From assembly GCA_024226105.1 (NCBI GenBank), contig JAAELZ010000211.1, positions 1 to 29,336 of the forward strand: a DNA stretch of 29,336 nt, written 5' to 3'. Made by a program: the position numbers and the translations under genes. Each line of letters opens with the position of its first letter. Positions within the stretch are counted from its first letter, which is position 1. The DNA comes from Pseudomonadota bacterium. Lineage in GTDB: Bacteria > Pseudomonadota > Gammaproteobacteria > Arenicellales > Poriferihabitantaceae. Shown in pieces: positions 1-7,718 of the stretch. The notes under the pieces are model-generated. The model searched no databases, had not been told where the DNA came from, and saw only the letters and a list, made by a program, of their open reading frames with translations.

Positions 1-536
1 ACATTGACATCGTCTTCCAGGCCTTTTGCAGCAAGCGCCTTGGAGAAATTTGCCAGAGCCGCATTCACTGCACCGCCAACCATAAAATCTGCATCTGGTG
101 TTCGGGCAAACCCACCTGAAATATTGACCACATTGCCGTGATGCTTTTTCAGGCTTGGCCATAATAATCTGGATAACCGTACAGCACCATGAAACTTCAA
201 CGCAAAGCCGTCGATCATTTCTTCGTCAGGCTGCCGCGGAAAAATTCCTCCCTTGGTGGCACCGGCACAATTGATAAGAATATCGACAGGACCGAATTCA
301 AGGGCTGATTTTGCCGCGGCTTCGCACCCGGACAGCAGACTAAGGTCTGCTGCATGTGTGCCGACGGCGCAGTCAGTGTCTTCTTCAATTTTTCTTCTGG
401 CATCGGCGAGATTTTCTTCGTTGGCTGCAGCCAGAAAAACATCGGCACCTTCGGCCGCCAACCGGTGGGCGCAGGCGAAACCGATGCCACGTGAGCCACC
501 GCTGATAAACGCGGTACGGCCTTCAAATCGTCTCAT
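1..536 (-). CDS. Short-chain dehydrogenase/reductase (SDR), atypical active site; 3' end runs off the window
   Basis: Not in the ORF track; translated by hand from ATG at 536: MRRFEGRTAFISGGSRGIGFACAHRLAAEGADVF...GPVDILINCAGATKGG...GNVVNISGGFARTPDADFMVGGAVNAALANFSKALA. Has the GxxxGIG nucleotide-binding and NxAG motifs. GGAG lies 8 nt upstream of the ATG. Confidence 0.92.
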   Translation of the reverse strand, partial: MRRFEGRTAFISGGSRGIGFACAHRLAAEGADVFLAAANEENLADARRKIEEDTDCAVGTHAADLSLLSGCEAAAKSALEFGPVDILINCAGATKGGIFPRQPDEEMIDGFALKFHGAVRLSRLLWPSLKKHHGNVVNISGGFARTPDADFMVGGAVNAALANFSKALAAKGLEDDVN

Positions 537-538
537 TC

Positions 539-567
539 TCGTTACTCCACATTTCGTTACTCCACAT
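539..567. repeat. 14-bp direct repeat TCGTTACTCCACAT x2 (period 15)
   Basis: Exact copies at 539-552 and 554-567. It duplicates the last codons and stop of the upstream gene together with the GGAG RBS. Confidence 0.9.
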
Positions 568-1513
568 AATGGCTTTCCAGACCTTTTATAGTTGATGACA
601 GAGTTTCCAGGGTCGGCACCGCGATGCCCGCCCCCTTTGCTATACTGATCACCGAGCCGTAGATAAAGTCTACTTCGGTGGGACGTTTGTTAATAATATC
701 CACACACAGTGAAGACTTGTTGTCGCCCGTTCCACCAGCCTGGGAAATTAGTTCCAGGCCTGCGACAGCCTCCTCCCGCTCAAGCGCAATTCCTGAGTGG
801 GTTGCAACAGCCAGCGCCTCGTCAAGTGCGCGCAGACTTGCCGTTTTAAGGGCGGGCACGCTCAGACATTCGGCTACTGTAAGGTTTGTAGCGCCTGATA
901 TCGCACTCATTGCTATGTTGCCGAGCAATTTTTTCCAGATATCACGGAGGATATCTGGTGAGGCATGGGTTTCCAATCCGGCCTCGGTGAATGCCTTGGC
1001 AATCATCTCAACGCGCTCGCTTGCGCCACCACTTGCCTCGCCACCACCCATTTCACCAATATAAGAGGGCACACGTGAAAAATCCTGAACCTTGCCCGGT
1101 TCCAGCAAACAGCCGGCCATGGCCGTTAGACCACCCAGTACATTTTTCTTGCCGACCACTTCCCCAATCGCTTCTTCGTTGCCCAGCCCGTTTTGGAAAC
1201 TGATGCAGATGGCGCCGTTATCAACCAGGTGTTTGGTAGCCTGTGCTGCAATATGTGTGCCATGGGCTTTGCATTGAAAAAGGATCACATCTGCCGATAT
1301 TTTTGTAGAGACATCATTCGTTGCAGGCAGGTGCACTTTCCTGTCGCCACCAAAGCCGACGATATGAAGACCCTGTTGGTTGATTGCATCGATGTGTTCT
1401 GCGTTGGTATCAAATAGCGTGACATCCAGTCCGCCTTGGCTGAGTATTGCTCCAAACAGCCCTCCCATACCGCCTGAGCCTGCCACTAAAATTTCTGGTT
1501 TTTCCAGGCCCAT
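557..1513 (-). CDS. Ketopantoate reductase (PanE/ApbA) family oxidoreductase
   Basis: N-terminal GSGGMGG Rossmann motif, ISFQNGLGNEE, WKKLLGN (catalytic Lys), SSLCVD and TEVDFIYG; 318 aa. Family is clear, substrate is not. Confidence 0.9.
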   Translation of the reverse strand: MGLEKPEILVAGSGGMGGLFGAILSQGGLDVTLFDTNAEHIDAINQQGLHIVGFGGDRKVHLPATNDVSTKISADVILFQCKAHGTHIAAQATKHLVDNGAICISFQNGLGNEEAIGEVVGKKNVLGGLTAMAGCLLEPGKVQDFSRVPSYIGEMGGGEASGGASERVEMIAKAFTEAGLETHASPDILRDIWKKLLGNIAMSAISGATNLTVAECLSVPALKTASLRALDEALAVATHSGIALEREEAVAGLELISQAGGTGDNKSSLCVDIINKRPTEVDFIYGSVISIAKGAGIAVPTLETLSSTIKGLESHYVE

Positions 1514-1589
1514 ATCGTTTTCTCAATTCAATTTTGCAGGTTTTCTCAGAACGTGCTGGGAGTAGGCTGTTGCACTCGAAAGCTGCGAA

Positions 1590-1947
1590 GCGCGCCCCGT
1601 CTTGGTGATGCGCTTATCGAGTTGACAGACCATGACAGCCTGTCGCGTGAAACCCTACGTCGACGACTGGCTGAGAATGGCCTGAAACCCTGGCGCAGGA
1701 ACATGTGGTGTATCCCCAAAGTCGATGCCGCCTATGTGGCGGCCATGGAAGATGTTCTGGATCTGTATGCCTCCGAACCCGACCCCGACCAGCCGGTAAT
1801 CGGCTTTGATGAAAGCGCGACGCAATTGATTGGCGAAGTGCACCAGCCGATCCCGGCAAGACCGGGCCAGCATCAACGCTATGACCGCGAATACCGGCGC
1901 ATGGCACGGCCAATCTATTGGTATTCCGTAATATTCATAAGCCATGA
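1590..1947 (+). pseudogene. IS630-family transposase fragment (internal, frameshifted)
   Basis: Reads LSRETLRRRLAENGLKPWRRNMWCIPKVDAAYVAAMEDVLDLY...VIGFDES.TQLIGEV...YDREYRR. After a 1-nt loss at ~1901 it continues GTANLLVFRNIHKP to TGA (1945-1947), where IS630 enzymes read NGTANLFVF..H.PW. No ends recognised; left boundary approximate. Confidence 0.85.
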
Positions 1948-2000
1948 CAAGCCGCTCGTCCACCTTCGAGCCGGTGGAATAACATCGGTCAATCAAATCG

Positions 2001-2963
2001 TTAGGCCTGAAACGCCCGCAAATAGTAGCCCACCACACCCATAATGACCCCCACTACCATCATGATAATGGCAATGACCCGTAGCAATTTTAACCCCAAG
2101 GATTCGGTCTTTGTATCCGCCTCGGTTTCATCCGGGCCAGTATGTTGAAATATTGGCCTGCGGCGATCAAGATAGCCGATGGCGAACACGCCGAAAGCGA
2201 ACCCTCCGACATGGGCCGTGACTGCGACGTTGCCCGATGTCCCGGCAAGAAGGGCTATCAGTCCCAGCGGATAAATGATGAAACAGAGCACAATATAGAT
2301 CAGGCTTCTACGCTCCGTGACCAGTTCCCAGATTCCGGACAGTGGCAATTGTTGCATCTTTTCATCCGGCCAGAACAATGCTCTGAGCCGGTCATCAGCA
2401 TTTGGCACAAAGCGGAATGTGGCACCCAAAACACCAAAGGCGCCGGCGGAGGCGCCTATTAGGGGCGTTGTGCTGCCCCAGTTGAAGATCAAATAAGTGA
2501 CCGCGCCAACGGCAGACGCACCAGCGAAAATCAAAAGAAATCCCAAACCACCAATGCGCCAGGCGACAGTGCGGCCAAAGATGAATAACGCCAGGCCGTT
2601 GCCAAAAAGATGCGAGCCGTCCCCATGTAATAAGGCATAAGTGAAAGGCGTCCAGGAGTATGCTGACCAGCCACCAGGTGCCCATGGCTGCCCATATTCG
2701 GCTACGTATCGCATTGGAATAAATGCAAACAACAGAATGAAGTTCCTATAGTATTGCGGTTGGTAAGTGGCGACAAGAATTTGCGCGATATGGGCGCCGA
2801 CCAGCGCCAGAATGAAGAGGTCCACAAGGATGCTTGCGCGTCTCTTGTTTGAAAGCCCGACAATGAGCGCAATACCCAGCAAAAAGACGCTCCAGGCCGA
2901 AAGCGCATAATCATTGAATAGTAGAAAAGATTGTGCTGAGAAAACCGTCATGAAATTGGACAA
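2001..2963 (-). CDS. Rhomboid-family intramembrane serine protease with extra N- and C-terminal TM segments
   Basis: WTPFTYALLHGDGSHLFGNGLAL, catalytic Ser in IGASAG, catalytic His in AHVGGFAFG, many hydrophobic segments. Start is TTG 2963 or ATG 2951; GGAGG lies upstream. Confidence 0.88.
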   Translation of the reverse strand: MSNFMTVFSAQSFLLFNDYALSAWSVFLLGIALIVGLSNKRRASILVDLFILALVGAHIAQILVATYQPQYYRNFILLFAFIPMRYVAEYGQPWAPGGWSAYSWTPFTYALLHGDGSHLFGNGLALFIFGRTVAWRIGGLGFLLIFAGASAVGAVTYLIFNWGSTTPLIGASAGAFGVLGATFRFVPNADDRLRALFWPDEKMQQLPLSGIWELVTERRSLIYIVLCFIIYPLGLIALLAGTSGNVAVTAHVGGFAFGVFAIGYLDRRRPIFQHTGPDETEADTKTESLGLKLLRVIAIIMMVVGVIMGVVGYYLRAFQA

Positions 2964-3189
2964 TACCTCCTTCTATTACGAGGAGCCCATTTGTGCTGCC
3001 GGTGAAAAACCAGCTAACTGCACGTGTCTTTAATAACGTCTGGAAGAAAATACGCCTTGATACATATCAAGAGATTTTCGACAACGAGCGGCTTCATTCC
3101 CATAGGGGCATCAAATGATTCAATCTAAGCCGGAAATGTTCTAGCTCATGGAGGGCACTGTCAGAGGCATCATTCTTGCACCGGCCTCA

Positions 3190-3355
3190 TATGTTTCAAT
3201 CAAGCGGCAAATTGGACCTGGCCTTTTTTGATCAATATGACGTGCAAGATGTTCGCGGAAATTTGCAAAACCGATGCCGTATGCTGGATAACCTCTGGCG
3301 GAAACCGATGCCGCCTGCAGTAATTCATTGTCATCCTGGTTATCCGAACAATGCC
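3190..3355 (-). pseudogene. Degraded IS6-family transposase 5' remnant
   Basis: From ATG at 3334: MTMNYCRRHRFPPEVIQH, matching the IS6-family N-terminal Y.RHRFPPE.I.H motif. A shifted frame gives FREHLARHIDQKRPGP, resembling the FAR.IR..RP.P segment. GGCATTGTT (3347-3355) resembles IS6 terminal repeats. Boundaries approximate. Confidence 0.55.
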
Positions 3356-3600
3356 AGCAGTTTTCTTTTGATCTGTTGATCAGTTCCGCTGATTGAGCCA
3401 ACGCCAATTAGTCGGTCTATCAGGAATTCCGCCAATATCAGGGTTTCGGATGCGTCAGCAACTGCATGGTGCAACAAATTTTGCCAGATCTGTACAAGAT
3501 CTTTGTCCAGTTCTTCCACAAGTTTTAGGTCATCGGCATTTATAGCCAGTTCAATCTTAGATGAAATTTGTTGAAATCGTTTGGTAAGTTGCGTAATCAT
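3340..3600 (-). CDS. Hypothetical small alpha-helical protein (86 aa)
   Basis: Clean ORF in an otherwise unoccupied region, with amphipathic helical composition. Aligns without gaps over 35 aa to the 110-aa protein at 26856-27188. Confidence 0.7.
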   Translation of the reverse strand: MITQLTKRFQQISSKIELAINADDLKLVEELDKDLVQIWQNLLHHAVADASETLILAEFLIDRLIGVGSISGTDQQIKRKLLALFG

Positions 3601-3979
3601 GATTGCCTAACGTGCCAGCATCATGCTGTGAATCCTTGTGATTCAATTACCCCAATAAAAATATACGCACTGACCTATACCTGAAATTTTAGGTTATCGG
3701 CATATGAATGTGACAATGGCACAGAATAGATAAAAATTGAATTGTATTTTGTATTAATAGTTAATACCTTGAGCTAAATTGGAAATTGTTGTCGCAATAA
3801 TAATGATGATTGTGAAGTTATTCGTAGCAATCCAAAATAAATAAGCAAAAATTAACTCTTCAATATTAGATGACACTATATTTTTCCTGGTGTATAGAAG
3901 CATGCAATTACTTGATTGACTGGCGACAAATAAATGAGCTAATTTTATGCAAGATGATATGCCCGGATGAGGATTGGCC

Positions 3980-4978
3980 ATGGCATTCTATCACAATTTG
4001 AAAAACTACGAAGCGCAAAAGGCAAAATCAATTGCCCAGCGTTTGTTAATCTTGCGCAAGGAGTTAAGCGTTTCGCCAGGCGCCAAGCGTGCGCCCGGTT
4101 CGCTGGTGGTTGGTTCGTGGAACATACGTGCATTTGATGGAGGGCGTCCGCGGCGCGATGAGAGTTTTCACTACATTGCCGAAATTATTGACAAATTTGA
4201 TATCTGTGCGCTTCAGGAAATCAAAAAAGACCTGAAGCCACTGCGCCGGCTGGTTAAGCTGCTCGGGCCAAATTGGTCATACTTTGTTACCGATGTCACC
4301 GAAGGACATGCGGGAAACACCGAACGTATAGCGTTCTTATACAACACCAATCGTGTATTCTTCCGCAATCTTATTGGAGAACTGGTTTTACCGCCGGGAG
4401 ATTTGATCAATGGGCGCCAAATTGCCCGGACACCGTTTTTTGCATCTTTTCAGGCGGAATGGTTCAAGTTCACGTTATGCAGCGCGCACATTGCTTTTAA
4501 GGCTGCAGCTGGATTGGCGGATCAAGAACTCAGGCGGAGGGAAATTTCTACAATTGCCAGAGCCCTTGCCGCACGGGCTAAACAGGAAGGTGAGGTCTAT
4601 TTCTTTCTGGGAGACATGAACATAGACAGCCCGCAAGACCCGACAATGCAGGCACTGGAAGACAATGGTTTTAAAGCACCGTTGTTTGGCCCAACCAATC
4701 TCGCTGGCGGCAAACATTTTGATCAACTCGCGTATACTGGTGAAGGGCAACGCACCGACCTTCTTTCTCATGGCAAGTTCGATTGGCGCGGGGCGGTTTA
4801 CACGCCAGATGACCGCGATCATTATGAACCTATCGCTGCGCAAATGCGTGGTGAACCTTACGACAATTGGCCGTCAAAATACTCGGGTTGGACAACGCAT
4901 GAAATGTCAGATCATCTGCCAATCTGGGTTGAAGTGATGGTTGACTATTCGGATGCATATCTGGAGCGATTTATATAG
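3980..4978 (+). CDS. Endonuclease/exonuclease/phosphatase (EEP, DNase I-like) family protein
   Basis: SWNIRAFD, ALQEI, ERIAFLYN, LGDMNI and SDHLPIWVE motifs. Start placed at ATG 3980 (GAGGA 6 nt upstream) rather than the track's TTG 3974. Confidence 0.9.
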   Translation: MAFYHNLKNYEAQKAKSIAQRLLILRKELSVSPGAKRAPGSLVVGSWNIRAFDGGRPRRDESFHYIAEIIDKFDICALQEIKKDLKPLRRLVKLLGPNWSYFVTDVTEGHAGNTERIAFLYNTNRVFFRNLIGELVLPPGDLINGRQIARTPFFASFQAEWFKFTLCSAHIAFKAAAGLADQELRRREISTIARALAARAKQEGEVYFFLGDMNIDSPQDPTMQALEDNGFKAPLFGPTNLAGGKHFDQLAYTGEGQRTDLLSHGKFDWRGAVYTPDDRDHYEPIAAQMRGEPYDNWPSKYSGWTTHEMSDHLPIWVEVMVDYSDAYLERFI

Positions 4979-5033
4979 AAATAGGCAAATTGCCGAAGAA
5001 TATTCTGCCGTTGGTGGATAGAACCGGCATATC

Positions 5034-5639
5034 TCAAACTTTCAGGATGGCAATAATTTCTTCACAGGTAGTTATGGCAGCGATAGTGGATAAAGAGTCG
5101 ATGGTTGAGTTATGCGCTTGCTCGCTGAATGCGGCGCAGCCATTTTCGAGAACAATGCTGTGAAAATCGCGCACATGCGCATCCCTGAGGGTTGAAGCAA
5201 CGCCTCCATTGGTGACAATTCCCCCAAACACCAGGGTTTTCAATCCGGCACGATGCAATACCCACTCCAGACGGCTTTGGTAAAACGCCGAAAAGGCAAT
5301 TTTCTCCACCATCAGATCCACAGGTTGCATAGCATCAATCAACTGGTGCCCAAAGGTGCCCGGCGAGAAATCTCCTTTGCCCAGAAACGGGCGCAGCTTT
5401 TGCAGATGAGGTGAGATGAAGGGTTGTCCCGCCTTGCCTGGTACCAGTGTGAAATGGGTAGAGATGATCCAGCCTCCGGCGGCACGCATGGCATCGGCAA
5501 CTGGAACCAGTTGTTCAGGCAATGCGCTGATCGCTGCACATGTCTGTCCGGCACGACCATAGGCTCCTTCAGGGTGCAAAAAGTCATTTTGCATATCGAC
5601 CAGTACCAGTGCGGTGGTCTTCGGGTCAAATTCAAGCAT
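5034..5639 (-). CDS. Isochorismatase/cysteine hydrolase family protein (nucleophile Cys replaced by Gly)
   Basis: VDMQNDF (Asp), EKIAFSAF (Lys), and GIVTNGGVASTLRDA where TxxCV is expected. Starts 3 nt after the hydantoinase A stop. Confidence 0.9.
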   Translation of the reverse strand: MLEFDPKTTALVLVDMQNDFLHPEGAYGRAGQTCAAISALPEQLVPVADAMRAAGGWIISTHFTLVPGKAGQPFISPHLQKLRPFLGKGDFSPGTFGHQLIDAMQPVDLMVEKIAFSAFYQSRLEWVLHRAGLKTLVFGGIVTNGGVASTLRDAHVRDFHSIVLENGCAAFSEQAHNSTIDSLSTIAAITTCEEIIAILKV

Positions 5640-5642
5640 GGT

Positions 5643-7718
5643 TCAGGCCTTTTGATTGCGGGTGATGATCAGATTGCCGAAACGGTCCACCCTGCCTTCC
5701 AGCTCCGGCTCAATACAGATGGTGGCATCAGGTTGTTCCAGAATAGCCGGTCCGGGAATTTGGGTGCCGACTGATAGTGGCAGACGTTGATAGATTCCGG
5801 TCTGATGGAAGGCGTTGTCAAACCAAACCTGCCGGGTGCCGGTGCATGCGTCTTCCAGTGCCACGCCATCTGCCGGGGCTAGCATGGTCAGATCAAACTT
5901 GGGTCGCCTCCCGATGGCAGAGACGCGCAGGTTTAAGACCCGGACCGGTATGCCTGCAAGTGGCTTGCCGTACACTTCGCGGTAGCGGATCTCAAAAACA
6001 CTTGAGATAATATCCGTACTGATCCCGGTGTTGGTACCGTCAAAATCCAGTGGCACACTCACATCTACCGTATGCGTCTGGCCAACATAGCTCATGTCGA
6101 GTTCGAACCGGACTTCTGAGCTTTCAAACGCCACGCCGGTGTTTTCCAGCAGTTGAAATCCCTTGACCGCCAGGCCGGACAATTGCCTGTCCAGTCCTGA
6201 TATATCCAGCTGGCCCAAAATACCATTCACTGTCTGCACGAAATCATGACGCATGTCAGCAATCGTACAACCAAGGGCGGAATTGATACCAGGATAACGC
6301 GGCACCAAAGCACTTTTCAGGCCAACCTCCTTGATCAGCGCACCCGCATGCAGCGCGCCACCGCCACCAAATGGCATTGCGGAGAAGTTCTTGGGATCAT
6401 AACCGCGTTCGATCGACACCAGCCGGATAGCACCTGCCATTTTCGAGTTCGCCACTCGAATGACCGCCTCTGCTGCGCGCATGACGTCAAGACCAAGCGG
6501 CGTGGCGACATGGGTGTCTATTGCCGCCTTTGCCGCTTCTACATCCAGTCGGTCCAGCTTGCCACCGATGGGTTTATCGGCATTGATCCGGCCTAGTACC
6601 ACATTGGCGTCAGTAACGGTGGGGCGCTCATTGCCAAGCCCGTAACACACTGGTCCGGGGTCGGATCCCGCACTTTGTGGACCAACCTGCAGCAATCCGC
6701 CCGGGTCCACCGATGCGATAGAACCGCCACCGGCACCAATAGTGGTCATTTCGATCATCGGGGTGCGAACGGTCAGGCCGAAATCGATACTGGTTTGTGC
6801 AGCCAGCGAGCTTTGCCCGTCAACCACCAGCGAGACATCGAAACTGGTACCCCCCATGTCGCAGGTAATGACGTTAGGAAACCCGGCCTCGCTGGCGATA
6901 AATCCACTGGCAATCACCCCGGCGGCCGGTCCTGACAAAGTGGTGCGCACCGGCAATTGCCGGGCCGTATCGACGCTCATCACCCCGCCATTGGATTGCA
7001 CAATCAGTACTTCCCCCTCAAAGCCGTCATCGTGCAAAGCCTGTTCCAGCTTGTGCAGGTAACTTGCCACAACAGGTTGCAGGTAGGCATTCAGTGTGGT
7101 TGTTGAAGTTCTTTCAAATTCGCGAATTTCCGGGAGTATATCGCTCGAGGCTCCAACATGGTTGTTGGGCCATATCTCGCGCAGGATTTTCAGCGCGGTT
7201 CTTTCGTTTGCAGAGTTTGCATAAGCATTGATGAAAACAATACAGGCGGATTGGCATCCCAGCTCAAGCAGTTTATGCGCGGCTCGCTTCACCCCATTGG
7301 CATCCACGGTTGTGCGAATGGTGCCGTCGGCCAAGGTGCGTTCCGCCACCTCGACACGGCGGTTGCGTGGTACTACAGGCTCAAACTGCCCCCATAAACC
7401 CCAGGTATTGGGACGGTCCCGGCGGCGCATTTCCAGTACGTCCCGGAACCCTTGTGTGGTGATGATGCCGGTCCTGGCACCTTTTCGTTCCAGCAGGGCA
7501 TTGGTGCCAACAGTTGTTCCGTGCACAACCGTCGAGACATCGGCGAAATTTGCAATTTTCTGACGGATGCCTTCAATAAAACCTTTTGACTGGTCTGCAG
7601 GGGTTGATGGCACTTTGGTGACTTCGCAATGTCCGGAAACTTCATTCAGGAAGAAGACGTCGGTAAAGGTGCCGCCAACGTCGACACCAATCACATAGCG
7701 CGGTGCATCTTCGCTCAT
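5643..7718 (-). CDS. Hydantoinase/oxoprolinase family, A (ATP-binding) subunit
   Basis: GVDVGGTFTD, HGTTVGTNALLERKG, LSGPAAG, DMGGTSFD, GAGGGSIA, FGGGGALHA; 691 aa. ATGA overlap with the B-subunit stop. Confidence 0.95.
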   Translation of the reverse strand: MSEDAPRYVIGVDVGGTFTDVFFLNEVSGHCEVTKVPSTPADQSKGFIEGIRQKIANFADVSTVVHGTTVGTNALLERKGARTGIITTQGFRDVLEMRRRDRPNTWGLWGQFEPVVPRNRRVEVAERTLADGTIRTTVDANGVKRAAHKLLELGCQSACIVFINAYANSANERTALKILREIWPNNHVGASSDILPEIREFERTSTTTLNAYLQPVVASYLHKLEQALHDDGFEGEVLIVQSNGGVMSVDTARQLPVRTTLSGPAAGVIASGFIASEAGFPNVITCDMGGTSFDVSLVVDGQSSLAAQTSIDFGLTVRTPMIEMTTIGAGGGSIASVDPGGLLQVGPQSAGSDPGPVCYGLGNERPTVTDANVVLGRINADKPIGGKLDRLDVEAAKAAIDTHVATPLGLDVMRAAEAVIRVANSKMAGAIRLVSIERGYDPKNFSAMPFGGGGALHAGALIKEVGLKSALVPRYPGINSALGCTIADMRHDFVQTVNGILGQLDISGLDRQLSGLAVKGFQLLENTGVAFESSEVRFELDMSYVGQTHTVDVSVPLDFDGTNTGISTDIISSVFEIRYREVYGKPLAGIPVRVLNLRVSAIGRRPKFDLTMLAPADGVALEDACTGTRQVWFDNAFHQTGIYQRLPLSVGTQIPGPAILEQPDATICIEPELEGRVDRFGNLIITRNQKA

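Noticed and set aside
1553-2044. 163-aa ORF as an intact gene
   Set aside because: Only the middle is IS630-like. It leaves frame at ~1901 and the rest is unrelated read-through overlapping the rhomboid end.
3605-3617. TGGCACG as a sigma-54 promoter for the 86-aa gene
   Set aside because: GG-to-GC spacing is 8 nt instead of 10, and it lies only a few nt from the ATG.
3754-3981. 75-aa minus-strand ORF in the AT-rich spacer, and 18798-19273 ORFs in the element end
   Set aside because: No RBS or motifs. They overlap promoter-like or structured non-coding DNA and are likely chance ORFs.
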